Shown in pieces: positions 1-12,950 of a stretch of 64,000 nucleotides of DNA; position 1 is the stretch's first letter, and each line of letters opens with the position of its first letter. This stretch comes from Octopus sinensis (taxonomy: Eukaryota): the NCBI RefSeq assembly GCF_006345805.1, contig NC_043005.1:98332001-98396000 (forward strand). Direction: 5' to 3'. The position numbers and the translations under genes were made by a program. The notes below the pieces were generated by a model. That model searched no databases. It was given only the letters and a program-made list of their open reading frames with translations, and was not told where the DNA came from.

Positions 1-41
<41 letters not shown>

Positions 42-71
42 AATCTATTTATCTATCTATGTGTGTTTGTA

Positions 72-110
<39 letters not shown>

Positions 111-3100
111 GCATGTGTATGTATGTATGTATGTAACTGTGTGTATGAGTGTGTATGTGTGTGTGCGGGGGGGTTTGTCTCTGTGTGTGTATGTGTGTGT
201 GCATGTGTCTGTCTGTGTGTGTATGTGTGTGTGCATGTGTCTGTCTGTGTGTGTCTGTCTGTGTATGCATGCATGCGTGTACCATTGTTTTCTTTTTTCT
301 GGTTTTAATTTTTTTTCAAAACAGAAAAATATTTATGCAGCACTAATTAACAGCTTGTTGTAATTCACTGATTTCACCAGTTTTAATTACTTTTAATTAG
401 TTCCTTATTATAAATCCTTAATCAAATAACATGAAAGATAAATTTTGCAGTGTTTTAACAACATTTTTAAAATTATTAACGTACAGACAGCAGCAGCAGC
501 AGCAGCAACAACAACAACAACAACAACAATAACAACACAGACAATACATTGTATTAAAAACTTTGTCTTCTTTGTTCCAGGAAAAGAAATTTTGATAAGA
601 ACAGACTTTAAATTGATTAGATTTAATAATATTGCTAACGAAGCTGTGAAGTTTCAGCATTATGAAGTATGTTGGTAATGAACCAAAATGAAACAGTAAA
701 ATACTTTAAATAAACTGGGAAGTTGCAGAACAATCACTCATCTGAGCAGAGTTATGATCAGAGATAATCCAAATGTGGCCATCATGTCTTTGTTTAAGGT
801 GTAATGCATCAAAAACTACATTATTCTGGATACACAGATTTCTTTTTTTTTTTATGTGAGTTGAGGGAAATTTAGCTGCCATTTCTTGCAGTTTATGCAA
901 CCATGTAAAGACTCATTCATTGGTTTGATTCAGCTGTGTGGAGAAATAATGTTCTTTGTGAAGTGACTCTGAGACAGTCTTACATACCTGTTTTGATAAT
1001 TTCATTTGTCTGATATAACTGAAGACTTTGGTTCTATAATATTTATGAGGAATCAGAAATGAGATTATGTGGCATGAATACTACATAATATAATTTCTGT
1101 TTCTTTATAAATCAGAGAGAATTTCAGCTGCTTGAATTGGCAGTGTACCAAAATTCAGGCAGATACACAAATGCTATCAGCTTGCATTTTGTTATAAATG
1201 CTGTGTTTTGTCTCAGGCAAATACACTTCATAATTTCAATAGCCCAGCTTGTTAGAGAGTAACTCTGACTTTTGAGGCTCCTTAAATATATATTTCTAGA
1301 AAAAATTCCTCAAGATATGTCATGCTGAAAATTTCTAAAATGAATGAAACAGTGTTGTACATGATTATAACTGACAAGAAATTTTAAGAATTTCATAATA
1401 AGGAAAAACAAAAAAATCCAATGCATCTATTTTATTATTCCTTAATTTCAAATTCAAAACTGTTAATCCCACCAAATATTATGATGAAATAATTATCTCC
1501 CTTGTATTAACTGTCTGCTAAGAGACACCAAGTGTTTGAAATATCTGAATGTTACAGCATAAAATATAATCTTAAAATAAAAAAAGAAAAGTCATTAAGA
1601 GATCAATTTACATTTTAATTTCTAACTTTAATGCTTATAATTAGATTTTCACAATCAATATGTTTCTGTATTTTAAATCGTCGCTTTTCTTAAATGCAAC
1701 ATTAGGTTACAGTAATGAGGCATTTGTTAGATTGCATCTTTCCTTTATAAAATAGTTCCCCTATCCCTGATCCGCTGTATGAGGATGTATGTAAACAGAT
1801 GCTGCAAGATGATACACAGTTCTTAGGTGTAATGTGTGTGAATGAGTATTTTCAATCATTCATTTTGTCATTTTATTCTTTAGCAAAAGAGGTTTACTGT
1901 ATAAGTACCAGCCTTTAAAAAAGTACTGGGGTTGATTTATTTGACTAAACTCTACAAGGTGGTGCCACAGCTTGGCCACAGTCCAATGACTGAAAGTTAA
2001 AGATAAACGATAAAATATTAGAGTGCTTGCTTTGTTTGACTGTACTCTATGCGTTGAGCAAAAGCAGAATTTGATGCTTAATTATTAACAAAATCTTTCT
2101 CAATCTTTTACGACAGACATTAATAGATAGCTTCACTATTATTGCAAGTCGACTGTACTTTAAGGTGTCTGATGCGAAAAGATATGGCAGGTTGTCTAAA
2201 ATGGTATCCATAAGTCTCTGAGTAAATGATGTGATTGCTCAGAATTATATACAACAACCGATATCACTTATAGCTTATCCGAATTCTGTGTTCCATTGAC
2301 TGTCTGTAGTCCACTTTTTTCTTTCCTTCTGACTTTCTTTCACTCTTTCTGCCTCTCTTCCTCTCTCCATCAAAACTTCTCCTTAACACACACACACACA
2401 CACTAACACAGAGGCTTAGACACACACATAGACTATCAAGACATTGCTGAGTCAATGTCTGAATATATCTATTGATTAATGTATCATGGATATCTTTCAA
2501 ATTTTTATAAAAGTCAGAACAACCAGCACTGTTCCTGTAAATAGAGATAAATAGCAAAAACAGAATGATGATGGTGATGATGGTGATGATGATAACATCA
2601 ACAAAACCAAAATAAATTAATTTCTGAATGTACTCGTTTCAATAAATATCTATTATGAAAGTAAAACTAATCGTAACCAACAGTTGAGAGACTATTTTTA
2701 TTGTTTTTTTCTCAAAGACGAATTTGACCTTCTGTATCAAGTGGAATTTTCACATCTGATTTGGCAAGGCATCATCAACTATGGAGATATTTCACATGAA
2801 TTTGGATAGAAGTGATATCCCAGAATCTTATGGGAATAAAGCTCTGTCAATAGGTTAACCAGTTATAGGTATAAGTATTCATACAATAGTCAGCTATGCT
2901 AAGTTCAGTCAGACATTTATATTTATGGTGGTAACTTGCTAAGGTCTATTGGGACCTGGATTTAGTTTCCTTTTTTGCATTCGAATCTTTAGATCAAGGT
3001 TATTTTTGTTCGTTTCTTGCTGGTTACTGTTATAGAAAACCTTACAAATTGTTATCAACAGATTGTTGTGTAAATTCAACATTTTAGAGATATTTTTTTT

Positions 3101-3395
3101 ATGTTCAGCACAAAAAAAACAAAACAAGAAATATTGTCTTTTGTGGTTTATATAGAAAATATCTATACTATAATGGAGAAAGCTGCTTATTAATTATGTG
3201 TGTAGCAGTTACTAAAAGTACTAAAAGAAAGCAATTATTAAAGGGTTGACCGTCTGGAAATATTTTTATAAATTTATGTTCTAAGAAATTTCCTATTATT
3301 TCGATTTCTCAAGCTTATTGAATTTTTTTAACTCCAATTTCTCGCAAATCTAAATATTCATTGCATTTACTGCAGCCAATTCTTCAAAAGTTTAA

Positions 3396-3625
3396 ATACC
3401 TATTTCTTTACTACACACAAGGGGCTAAACACAGAGGGGACAAACAAGGACAGACAAACGGAGTAAGTCGATTACATCGACCCCAGTGCGTAACTGGTAC
3501 TTAATTTTATCGACCCCAAAAGGATGAAAGGCAAAGTCGACCTCGACGGAATTTGAGCTCAGAACGCAATGGCAGACGAAATACGGCTACGCATTTCGCC
3601 AGGCGTGCTAAAGTTTCTGCCAGCA
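3396..3625 (-). mobile_element. tRNA-derived SINE, family A
   Basis: Reverse complement of A-box tggcagaaac.ttag, B-box gagttcaaattcc, core gcctttcatcctttcggggtcgat and tail gtttagccccttgtg.gtagtaaagaaatagg. Confidence 0.85.
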
Positions 3626-3953
3626 TGCCGAGGCAGCCTGGGTCAAATGCTTCTTTTGGCTCTCTCCACACATATACTTGCCAGTGGTTGGAAATAGGGT
3701 AAAGGATGACTCGTTCGAGAAAATATCATTCTTCTCCTATGGTAGGGACCAATTCTGAAGGTTTTTACTCCCCTCTAAACGTTTTGCAACTTTATTTTTT
3801 TGAAAGTAGTGGTTTTCTGATTGCAGCCTTCTCATGAAATCCAGCTTTGTGCATTACCCAGCGAACAGTTTTTGTTACTTAGTTGGTGATTACTTGTAAC
3901 CTCTTCCATAGAGATGGTACCTGCAAAGAACAAAAGATGGTACCTGCAAAGAA

Positions 3954-4370
3954 GGCGGCGAGCTGGCAGAAACAGTAGCACGCCGGGCGAAATGCTTAGC
4001 AGTATTTCGTCTGCCGCTACGTTCTGAGTTCAAATTCCGCCGAGGTTGACTTTGCCTTTCATCCTTTCGGGGTCGATTAAATAAGTACCAGTTACGCACT
4101 GGGGTCAATATAATTGACTTAGTCCATTTGTCTGTCCTTGTTTGTCCTTTCTGTGTTTAGCCCCTTGTGGGTAGTAAAGAAATAGGTATTTCGTCTGCCG
4201 TTACATTCTGAGTCCAAATTCCGCCGAGGTCGGCTTTGCTTTTCATCCTTTCGGGGTCGATTAAATAAGTACCAGTTATGCACTGGGGTCGATATAATCG
4301 ACTTAATCCATTTGTCTGTCCTTGTTTGTCCTCTCTGTGTTTAGCCCCTTGTTGGTAGTAAAGAAATAGG
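3954..4370 (+). mobile_element. Family A SINE tandem dimer
   Basis: Full monomer 3954-4186 fused at ggtatttcgtctgcc to a head-truncated monomer. 15-bp TSD ggtacctgcaaagaa at 3939-3953 and 4369-4383. Confidence 0.88.
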
Positions 4371-5599
4371 TACCTGCAAAGAACAAGACTTCCTCATGTA
4401 AGTCCTGATCTGCATATTGCAAGTCCTGTTCTTTGTATATACCATTTCTATGGCACACAGTTGTGAGTGAAGCTTTTGGGAGTTATGGGACTTAATTGTG
4501 AGGGATGTGAAGGGGCATACATAAAAGGTTGGGTTCTATCCCCAGTGGGATGGGAATGAAATACCTTTGCTCTTCAGGAATAACTGATATAAATCTGGTG
4601 GAGTTCCAATCTGTTAGCTGGCTTGAAGCAGCAGAAGGTTCAGGTGTGGGGTGGGTAGGAATATGTGAGATGGATTGTCTTGATTAAGAACAAGTCACGC
4701 TATCTAATGCTTGTAGAGACTGTGAAACTGGAGCTGAGGGATGAGTTTGAAGCCAAGAAAGAGATTAAAAATAATTATAGAATTGATGCGTTCCTAAGGA
4801 TTAAGAGAAGGGGATGATATTAACTTATGCAGACATTTCAGAATGGTAAATTATTGGGATTCTTTGCCAGAGGCATTGATCTCAGAAGTATGCAATAGCC
4901 AAGTGGAGGCAAATACATCGAAGCTATTATGACTGATGATATCAGAGAGGGGAAGAAGGGAGGGGGAGAGGGGTGAAGTGAGAGGATGATGAGTATATGA
5001 AGTGAAAGGTGAGGTGATAGGATGACTTTAGTAAGAGGTGAATTTGGAAAATGATAATTTCAATAAGATAGCGAGAGAGAAGTGAGGTGAGAGGCTGATG
5101 ACTTCAGACTGAAACAGAGGGAAAGAGAGAGAGAGAGAGAGAGGAAGAGAGTGAGTAAAAGCAAAAGAGAGAGAAAGAGGTAGGGGTGAAGTAATAATGT
5201 TAATGCTATTTAAATGATGAAGCTCAATTTTAAACTTAATCATCACCTCAACGATCAATTTATACCTATTTAATCTGCAAAAATGTAAACAAACACACTA
5301 ATGATGAAGGCCACAATGTAATATGAATGTGATTAATACCAGATGGGATTTACAGCCAGATCTGAAGGACAAGGTAGTGAGACCACAAAAAGGTCCAATT
5401 CCTTCTAAGTGGAATTGGTAGACAGAAACTGAAGAAAGCTGTAATATGTGTGTATATGTATATCTGTGTGTTTGTGTGAGTGGTTTTTATTTTCTCTTTG
5501 TTTTGTCTGTGTTTACTGACTGTAAATAAAACAACAGCTTGGCTAAACCATAACTGTGAGTGATGGTGATGTTTGCTTACAGTAATTATTTTCCACTTT

Positions 5600-5790
5600 A
5601 GGCACAGGGCCTGAAATTTAGGGGGAGGGGTACAGTCAATTAGATCGACCCCAGTGCGCAACTGGTACTTTATTCATCGACCTCGAAAGGAAGAAAGACA
5701 AAGTCGACCTCGGCGGAATTTGAACTCCGAATGTAAAGACAGACGAACTACCGCTAAGCATTTTCCCCCGCATGCTAATGTTTCTGCCAG
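5600..5790 (-). mobile_element. Family A SINE, variant tail
   Basis: gaccccagtgcgcaactggtac..gtcgacctcggcggaatttgaactc..ttctgccag. Confidence 0.75.
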
Positions 5791-6294
5791 GTAATATATG
5801 TGATGTCAAAACAAGGAGGCACACACACAAACACACACACACACACACAAACACAAACACACACACACACACGCATGCATGTACATGTGCACATGCAGAT
5901 GCACATATACGATAAGATTTTACACAGTTTCTGTCTACCAAATTCACTAACAAAGCTTTGGTTGTCCAAAGGCTCTAGCAGAAGACTCTTGCCAAAGGTT
6001 CCATGCAGTAGCAGTGAACTCAAAAACCCTGTGGTTGTGAACATTCTAACCATACACCTACCCAGGTGTCATAGACAAAATACCTTGCCTCAAATCCTTA
6101 CTCATATCGATTATGATTTTCATCTTTCTGAGGTTGATAAAATAAATACTAGTCAACATTATGGTATCAATACAATCAACTATGTTTGGTTAAAGATGGT
6201 GCCCCAGCATGGCCACAGTCCATTGACTGAAGCTAGCTAAAGAATTAATGAAAATATGTATTTATCAAATGCTGCAGAGTTTATAGAGTCCATA

Positions 6295-6388
6295 GATATC
6301 TATCTATCTATCTATCTCTATCTATCTATCTATCTATCTATCTGTCTATCTATCGATCTATCTCTCTATCTATCTCTCTATCTATCTC

Positions 6389-6450
<62 letters not shown>

Positions 6451-6525
6451 AATCTATCTATCTATCTATCACCTCTCTATCTATCAATCTATCTATCTAT
6501 CTATCTATCACCTCTCTATCTATCA

Positions 6526-6576
<51 letters not shown>

Positions 6577-6601
6577 ATCTATCTATCTTCTATCTATCTC
6601 T

Positions 6602-6632
<31 letters not shown>

Positions 6633-6780
6633 GTCTATCTATCGATCTATCTATCTATCTATCTCTCTATCTATCAATCTATCTATCTATCTATCAATCT
6701 ATCTATCTATCTATCTCTCTATCTATCTATCTATCTCTCTATCTCTCTATCTATCTATCTATCTATCTAGCTATCTATCT
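6295..6780. repeat. Compound (TCTA)n microsatellite, about 490 bp
   Basis: Direct inspection. Similar (TCTG/TCTA/TG)n at 1-290. Confidence 0.95.
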
Positions 6781-6994
6781 TGAGCAAAACACTTTATTCC
6801 ATGTTGCTCCAGTGCACTCAGCTGTAGAAATGAGTTTAGTCCAGAGAGGGATGGGCTTCACCAGGCTTTCTTGCCCTAAATACACTGCATGGCTGCAGTG
6901 CCCCAATAACCCCAAGGGGTTAAGGGACTTGTCATTGTCATTGTCTGGTGGGCTGCGAGGACTATGAGTCCAAGTTTTTCAGCAGCCACTAACT

Positions 6995-7300
6995 ATACAC
7001 AGTGAAGGTGTGTGGTTAGGGTATTCATATAATCGTGAGTTCAGTACTTGGCAGGACACTGTGTCTTTGAGCAAGACACTATTTCACGTTACTCCAGTCA
7101 ACTCACCTGGCAAAAATGACCTGTAATTCAAAGGGTCAGCCTTGTCCCATTCTGTTTCACACTGAATCTCTTTGAGAACTACGTTAAACGCATGTGTCTG
7201 TGGAGCGCTCAGCCACTAGCTCATTAACTTCATCAGCAAGCTGTTTGGTTGATCGGATCAGCTGGAACAACTCATTGTCATAACTGACAGAATGCCAGAA
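6995..7300 (+). mobile_element. tRNA-derived SINE, family B (CORE-like centre)
   Basis: gtggttagggtattc..gtgagttca..tgtgtctttgagcaagacactatttcacgttactccagtc...gatcggatcagctggaac. Confidence 0.65.
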
Positions 7301-7827
7301 CTGTTCTTAGTTCATTACTAAGGGTGTTGTAACATGCACATACAAAACTCTTTAGTTTATTACATAGGTGGTTTAAATTTTGGTTTCTGTCATGCTGTTA
7401 ATAAAGCATCCATGGTTAACTGTATCATTTTCAGTGGAATTCTATACAGAAAAATAGTGCTGTCAACTAAGGACTTTGCCCTTTTTTATTTTCCCACTTT
7501 TTCTCTTTAGCTTTATTTTGCTCTGTATTGTAGAATTCTGTACAGGCTTCTTGTTGTAAATGCTTATGTATTTGTCTGTGCACACACGTGCGCGTGCATG
7601 TATGTGTGTGCATGCGCATTTCTATTCTTGGAGGTGATAATTTCAAGTTGTGAAGAACATGATGGCCAAGTGACTTAGAATAATATATATATATATATGT
7701 ATGTATGTATGTATGTATATGTATATGTATATGTATATATATATATATAATGTATGTATATGTATGTATGTATATATATATTCAAATGTTGTGTTAAAAG
7801 CAGCTCAATAATATATATATAAATATA

Positions 7828-8041
7828 AGGGGAGCTAACAGAAACGTTAGCACGCTGGGCGAAATGCGTAGCTGTATTTCGTCTGCCATTACATTCTGAG
7901 TTCAAATTCCGCCGAGGTCGACTTTGCCTTTCATCCTTTCGGGGTCGATAAATTAAGTACCAGTTATGCACTGGGGTCGACGTAATCCGTTGTCTGTCCT
8001 TGTTTGTCCCCTCTGTGTTTAGCCTCTTGTGGGTAGTAAAG

Positions 8042-8046
<5 letters not shown>
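7828..8046 (+). mobile_element. Family A SINE
   Basis: Same head, core and tail as 3954-4186. Confidence 0.85.
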
Positions 8047-8076
<30 letters not shown>

Positions 8077-8616
8077 TGTAAATGAAAGAATAAATAAAGT
8101 CAAAAGTAAGATGGAGAACGATTGGACAGCTTCTTAATGGCCACCACACATGCTTCAACACAACATAGATCCACATATATACAGGATTTAAATTTAAATT
8201 AAGTAACGGTTTACCTGTATAATGGGACCCAGTTGTATCTCCTCAGGTGATATAAAATTGTTGTCTCCATAAGTAAATGTTTGATTTCGATGCTGTCACA
8301 TCCAACTGGCTCCTTTGAGTCTAGCAGATGCTGACAGTCTCCTTCCTCTTGCTACCAGCATGCCTCTGCATGCTCGACATGAGTGGCATGGGTATGTTGT
8401 CTGTTTACTTTGTTTCACATGTTAGGCTGCACATGCTAAATTTGATTATTTCGCAAACACACTGACACATACGCTCACACTTATATAATCACTCACATAC
8501 AGATATACTACTACATCTCTGGGCATCTCCATACATACACACACGGACACATACGCACACACACACACACACATGCATATATATATATATGTGTGCATGT
8601 GTGTGTGTGTGTGTGT

Positions 8617-8947
8617 GTGCATACTAGCTGAATAGCCTGTCATTGTGGAGCAATTTTTACAATAACACATCTTGTATAAATTTTTGTTTATTCCATGTCA
8701 GGCCATGCCTTCTCCGACAGATAGGCCTCTTGATCAGGGATAGATTTGTGCAATTTTTCACCAAAAAACTTCACTGCGAATATTTTTCTTTTTTAAATTA
8801 TTTACATGTCTGTTCGACCTTCATGAATTCCTCCTCCTAATGATTTTACTTTTATTTTGTGATAGACGGCTATCATGCAGAGAATGCCAGCTTCCAAACC
8901 CTGCATTCTGATTAAGTATAAATGATTAAACTTTAAACCTCAGTAAC

Positions 8948-8950
<3 letters not shown>
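8617..8950. repeat. About 335-bp direct repeat, copy 1
   Basis: About 10 differences (hand count) from 10680-11012. Confidence 0.9.
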
Positions 8951-8985
<35 letters not shown>

Positions 8986-9089
8986 GTATGTACATATATG
9001 CAGATGCACATCTCCACACACACACATACCAATCAAATGGGAAACTTCTGATGTCTTCTTACCTGTGAGAAAACTACAATTGGTATTAT

Positions 9090-9340
9090 TAGCTAAAAGG
9101 AAGCCTCTATGCCTAACATTATTAGACTTAAAGAAAGCTTTTGATTACCTCAGCCTCAGGACTCTTGATTACTAAGAACACTATGGATAGATGAATGGCT
9201 TATGAGTTTCATGCACAGATGCATTGTCTGCAAGGTGAATGTTTGTGATTTGCTCACTGAGGAATTTAGCATGCAAATAGTTGTTCATCAAGAATCATTC
9301 CTTATGCCACTCCTGTTTATTACAATAATCCTAGCCACAA
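9090..9340 (+). mobile_element. Highly degraded RT fragment
   Basis: LDLKKAFD, followed in another frame by VHQES.LMPLLFITI (degenerate QG.LSPLLF). Confidence 0.45.
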
Positions 9341-9684
9341 AATGATTTCAAATCTAGCTGTTTGTGGGAACCCCTGTATGTTGAAGACGTGGTTTCATGG
9401 TCAAATAAAAGAATTAAGTAAAGATCCAAATGCAGAATTAAGTCTAGGGTGGAGAAAGCTAAACATATACTTCAAAATGGCAAACATATTAATTAGCAAA
9501 TTGAATGCAGAATACTACAGCCATATGAAATGAGGTCATGTTCAATCTGCAGAAAAAGGAAAATAAAGTAAGAGTTCTGTTCTATGTATACAATACATGT
9601 CAAGGGTGCATGGCCTACTGGCTTGGGTGTTGCACTCATGGTTGCCAGATCATGAATTCACTTTCTGGAGTAGGTGGTCATCAT

Positions 9685-10050
9685 CATTGTTCGACCGTGA
9701 TCGACACAATGGAATTTACCATGCTACGCCAGACTTCACAGTCCATCATGGCATTACGGAGGTCCTGTTGCTGGATGCCTGTATCCCTGGAGATTACATC
9801 CGGGTAGGAGAGTGTACGCCCTCTGGTATTGCGAGTAGATGGCTTCCAGAGGAGAAGAGTAGAAATTACCTCTTTTTCAGCTCTACAACAATGTTCAGCA
9901 AACTGGACTCTCCTACCTTTCACAAGAGATGACACAGGTGGTAGTTTCCCATATATTTGCATTTTGGTTGGATGGCGCTTCCACGAGAGATTTTGAGCTC
10001 TCATAAGGAGGCGAGTGTAGGTTCCATCCAACCGCCTCTCAAGCTTCTTT
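9685..10050 (-). mobile_element. RTE/RTE-X-like LINE C-terminal fragment
   Basis: LDGTYTRLLMRAQNLSWKRHPT...RRVQFAEHCCR..LLLWKP..RGRTLSYPD..D..W, typical of an RTE-family RT C-terminus. Confidence 0.65.
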
Positions 10051-10383
10051 GTAGGTGGTGCATTGTGTTCTTGAGCAAAACACTTCATCTCCCATTACTC
10101 TGCAGTCATATTAACACCTGACGTGTGGCACACTGTGCATCTATTCAAGCAACATCAATTTGATATAAGGAGTGAGCTGATGTACTGCTCAAACGTTTGA
10201 TCCCTAAACAAATCTAATTATTCAGCAAGACATTGCAGAACAATCTTCCTTGGACTATGAGGGACTACCATCATCATGCAGTCCATACTCTGTGAATACT
10301 AAAGATGTGGTAGAATCAAAGGTAAACTGATAGAGAAGAAGGACTCCATATGTTGGAGTTAGCTTTCAGAATGTCATGATATA

Positions 10384-10604
10384 TGAAGGGGGGCTGAACA
10401 GATCCTGGCTTTGGGTAAAAGAAAATACAGGAGGATCAGTTAATTATGATTTTATTCAACATTTTCCCCACTCAGATCCACACACTTATTGTATTGGTCC
10501 TTCAGTTTTTTTAATCTCTGTAAAAGAACTTCGAAGGTTGCCCCTCCCCCAACCAGGCTTTTCATGATGCCCTTAAAGCTAGGATCTTTCCAGCACCCCC
10601 TCGG
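10384..10604 (-). mobile_element. Mariner-derived MITE
   Basis: About 28-bp TIRs tgaaggggggctgaacagatcctggcttt / aaagctaggatctttccagcaccccctcg, TA context. Encodes transposase C-terminus LKKLKDQYNKCVDLSGENVE on the minus strand. Confidence 0.8.
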
Positions 10605-10677
<73 letters not shown>

Positions 10678-10679
10678 AT

Positions 10680-11012
10680 GTGCATACTAGCTGAATAGCC
10701 TGTCATTGTGGAGCAATTTTTACAATAACACATCTTGTATAAATTTTTGTTTATTCCATGTCAGGCCATGCCTTCTCCGACAGATAGGCCTCTTGATCAG
10801 GATAGATTTGTGCAATTTTTCGCAAAAAAACTTCATTGCGAATATTTTTCTTTTTTAAATTATTTACATGTCTGTTCGACCATCACGAATTCCTCCTCCT
10901 AATGATTTTACTTTCATTTTGTGATAGACGACTATCATGCAGAGAATGCCAGCTTCCAAATCCTGCATTCTGATTAAGTAAAAATGATTAAACTTTAAAC
11001 CTCAGTAACATT
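10680..11012. repeat. About 335-bp direct repeat, copy 2
   Basis: tgcatactagctgaatagcc...taaacctcagtaacatt shared with 8617-8950. Confidence 0.9.
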
Positions 11013-11224
11013 TTCCAGCAATTTTTCTGGAACAAATAAATAACAAAATTGGATTTTATGTGGAAAATACCAAATTTGAAAATGTTGATGTAATCTTAAT
11101 CTCACAATATGTGACAGCAACAGGGAAGACCCTACAAAAGTAGAGAGGCAGACAGTTATAGGACATGACACAGACCCACAGACACACACAGGTAATCACA
11201 AGTTTAAAATGGTGTATAGCAGAG

Positions 11225-11255
<31 letters not shown>

Positions 11256-12104
11256 TGTATGTATGTATGTATGTATGTGCATATGTATGTAGACATATGT
11301 GTGTATGTGTGTCTTTGTGCAAGTGTTTCCTTGTGATGGAAACAGAAAATCCACGTACCCCCTCTCTCCTTAAAGCTATCTATTCCTCACACCTACCTTT
11401 TCCCCTTTCCTGGGCATTTTAAAAGTTACTTATGTGCATGTGTGTGTGTGTGCATATGCATGTATCTATGTATTTATGAAAGAATGTATACACCTTTGCA
11501 TGTACATGACAGCTGTATTAACGTTATCATCCCATTGCCACTCTATATTTGTCACTTAGACAACACTATTCTCCCCACACCTGATATCAGTAACTCTCAC
11601 TCTGTTACTATATTTCCTTTACACTACTACTCTTTGCACCCTTCTCATTTTATCATATAATTTATCCAACTCCACTAGGGGGAACAATATAGACTTTTAT
11701 TGAAATTCAATTGGTTATTATTGAACTGAATGTTAGTTTAATATGTATGCAAAATTTGGTGGAGATTGGTTTACTGATTTAGGCAGTAAGATGGTAACAG
11801 ACAGATAGATGGACAGAAAAACAGAAATTGCCTTTTATACATAAGATATATACCACCATATCGCAGTTCATCTATTGCACACTCAGTACATCACAGAATT
11901 TTCTGGTTAATACATGTAAATTTATATTGTGGACTCCTCAGTATATTGCAGGTTTTTGTGGCCAATAAGTATTTATATTTTTTTAGATTTTAATTATTAC
12001 TGTGGGAAGTTTTGGAATGTAATACCCATGATAGTCAAGGGATTACTGTATATACATGCATACATATATATGTATGTATGTCATGATATATATATATATA
12101 TATA

Positions 12105-12300
12105 TATATAGGGAGAGTTTATGAAAAAAACAAAAGACGAAGACAGGTGGTGTACAAGACAAACAGATGTATTAGTATAACGCTCAGGAATAGAAAAAGT
12201 CTTTTATGTTTCGAGCCTACGCTTTTCTACAGAAAGGGACACAGAAAACAAGGAGAGAAAAAAATGTGTGTATTGACAAACGATCTATCATGGCAACTGA
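12105..12300 (-). mobile_element. Penelope-type terminal remnant with a variant minimal hammerhead
   Basis: Minus strand of 12201-12236: cttt CTGTAGA a aagc gtag gctc GAAA cat a aaag. Confidence 0.5.
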
Positions 12301-12303
12301 TAT

Positions 12304-12337
<34 letters not shown>

Positions 12338-12339
12338 TC

Positions 12340-12460
12340 ACGCACTCACTGCAGCAGTCCTTCTGTTTTTCTAAGCCCTGTAAAAGAACTCAGGAGGTTG
12401 AACCCCCAGCCTGGTCTTTTGTGATACCCTTGAAGCCAGGAACTTTTCAGCAGCCCCTCA
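12340..12460 (-). mobile_element. Partial copy of the same mariner MITE
   Basis: Shares ctgtaaaagaact...aagccaggaacttttcagcagcccctca|ta with 10500-10604. Confidence 0.65.
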
Positions 12461-12758
12461 TATATTGAATTGCATAGGATGGCAACTAGTGGTCATTTAC
12501 AGTCTTTGTTAGCACACTGACCTAATTAACAGTGGGAATGGTTATTGCAGAACGATGTGCCGTGAGATTTCCTGAGTCAGAATGAGTGAAACTTAAACCA
12601 TTTGTCATTTCCCCTCAATCAACTGATTTACTGAGTCGAGCAAATTGATGACTGAATGAAGTCTTGGTTTGCATATGTAATCCTGTTTACTTTAGATATT
12701 AAAACATGTACACGTGCATACACAAATACCTGTCTGTCTGTATGTCTGTCTGTCTGTA

Positions 12759-12789
<31 letters not shown>

Positions 12790-12914
12790 ATGTGTGTGTG
12801 TGTGTGTATGTGCATATATAGATGTGTGTATGTACATGCCTGCACACACATATGCATACTTACACACACACATATATATATACATGCATGTATATGTATG
12901 TGTATATATATGTG

Positions 12915-12950
<36 letters not shown>

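Noticed and set aside
49-363. Many 60-175 aa ORFs rich in YI/CV/HT/LS/II repeats across the window
   Set aside because: These are translations of (TA)n, (CA)n, (TACA)n, (TCTA)n and (ATT)n microsatellites and lack stops only because of repeat composition.
2264-2557. 97-aa minus-strand ORF
   Set aside because: It spans a (TG)n tract and a purine-rich simple repeat. Only a short part (about 2430-2535) is exon-like, and it is noted under the 581-2203 finding.
3954-4035. tRNA-like A/B boxes
   Set aside because: These are SINE heads with no complete cloverleaf, followed by SINE core and tail. No true tRNA gene was identified.
4450-5050. Purine-rich unique-looking DNA (also about 14640-15300)
   Set aside because: Probably ancient antisense L2/CR1 debris, but no motif could be read, so it is not annotated.
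11690-11850. Helitron-like terminal fragment with gacagatagatggacag
   Set aside because: The resemblance is only from memory and the termini could not be defined.
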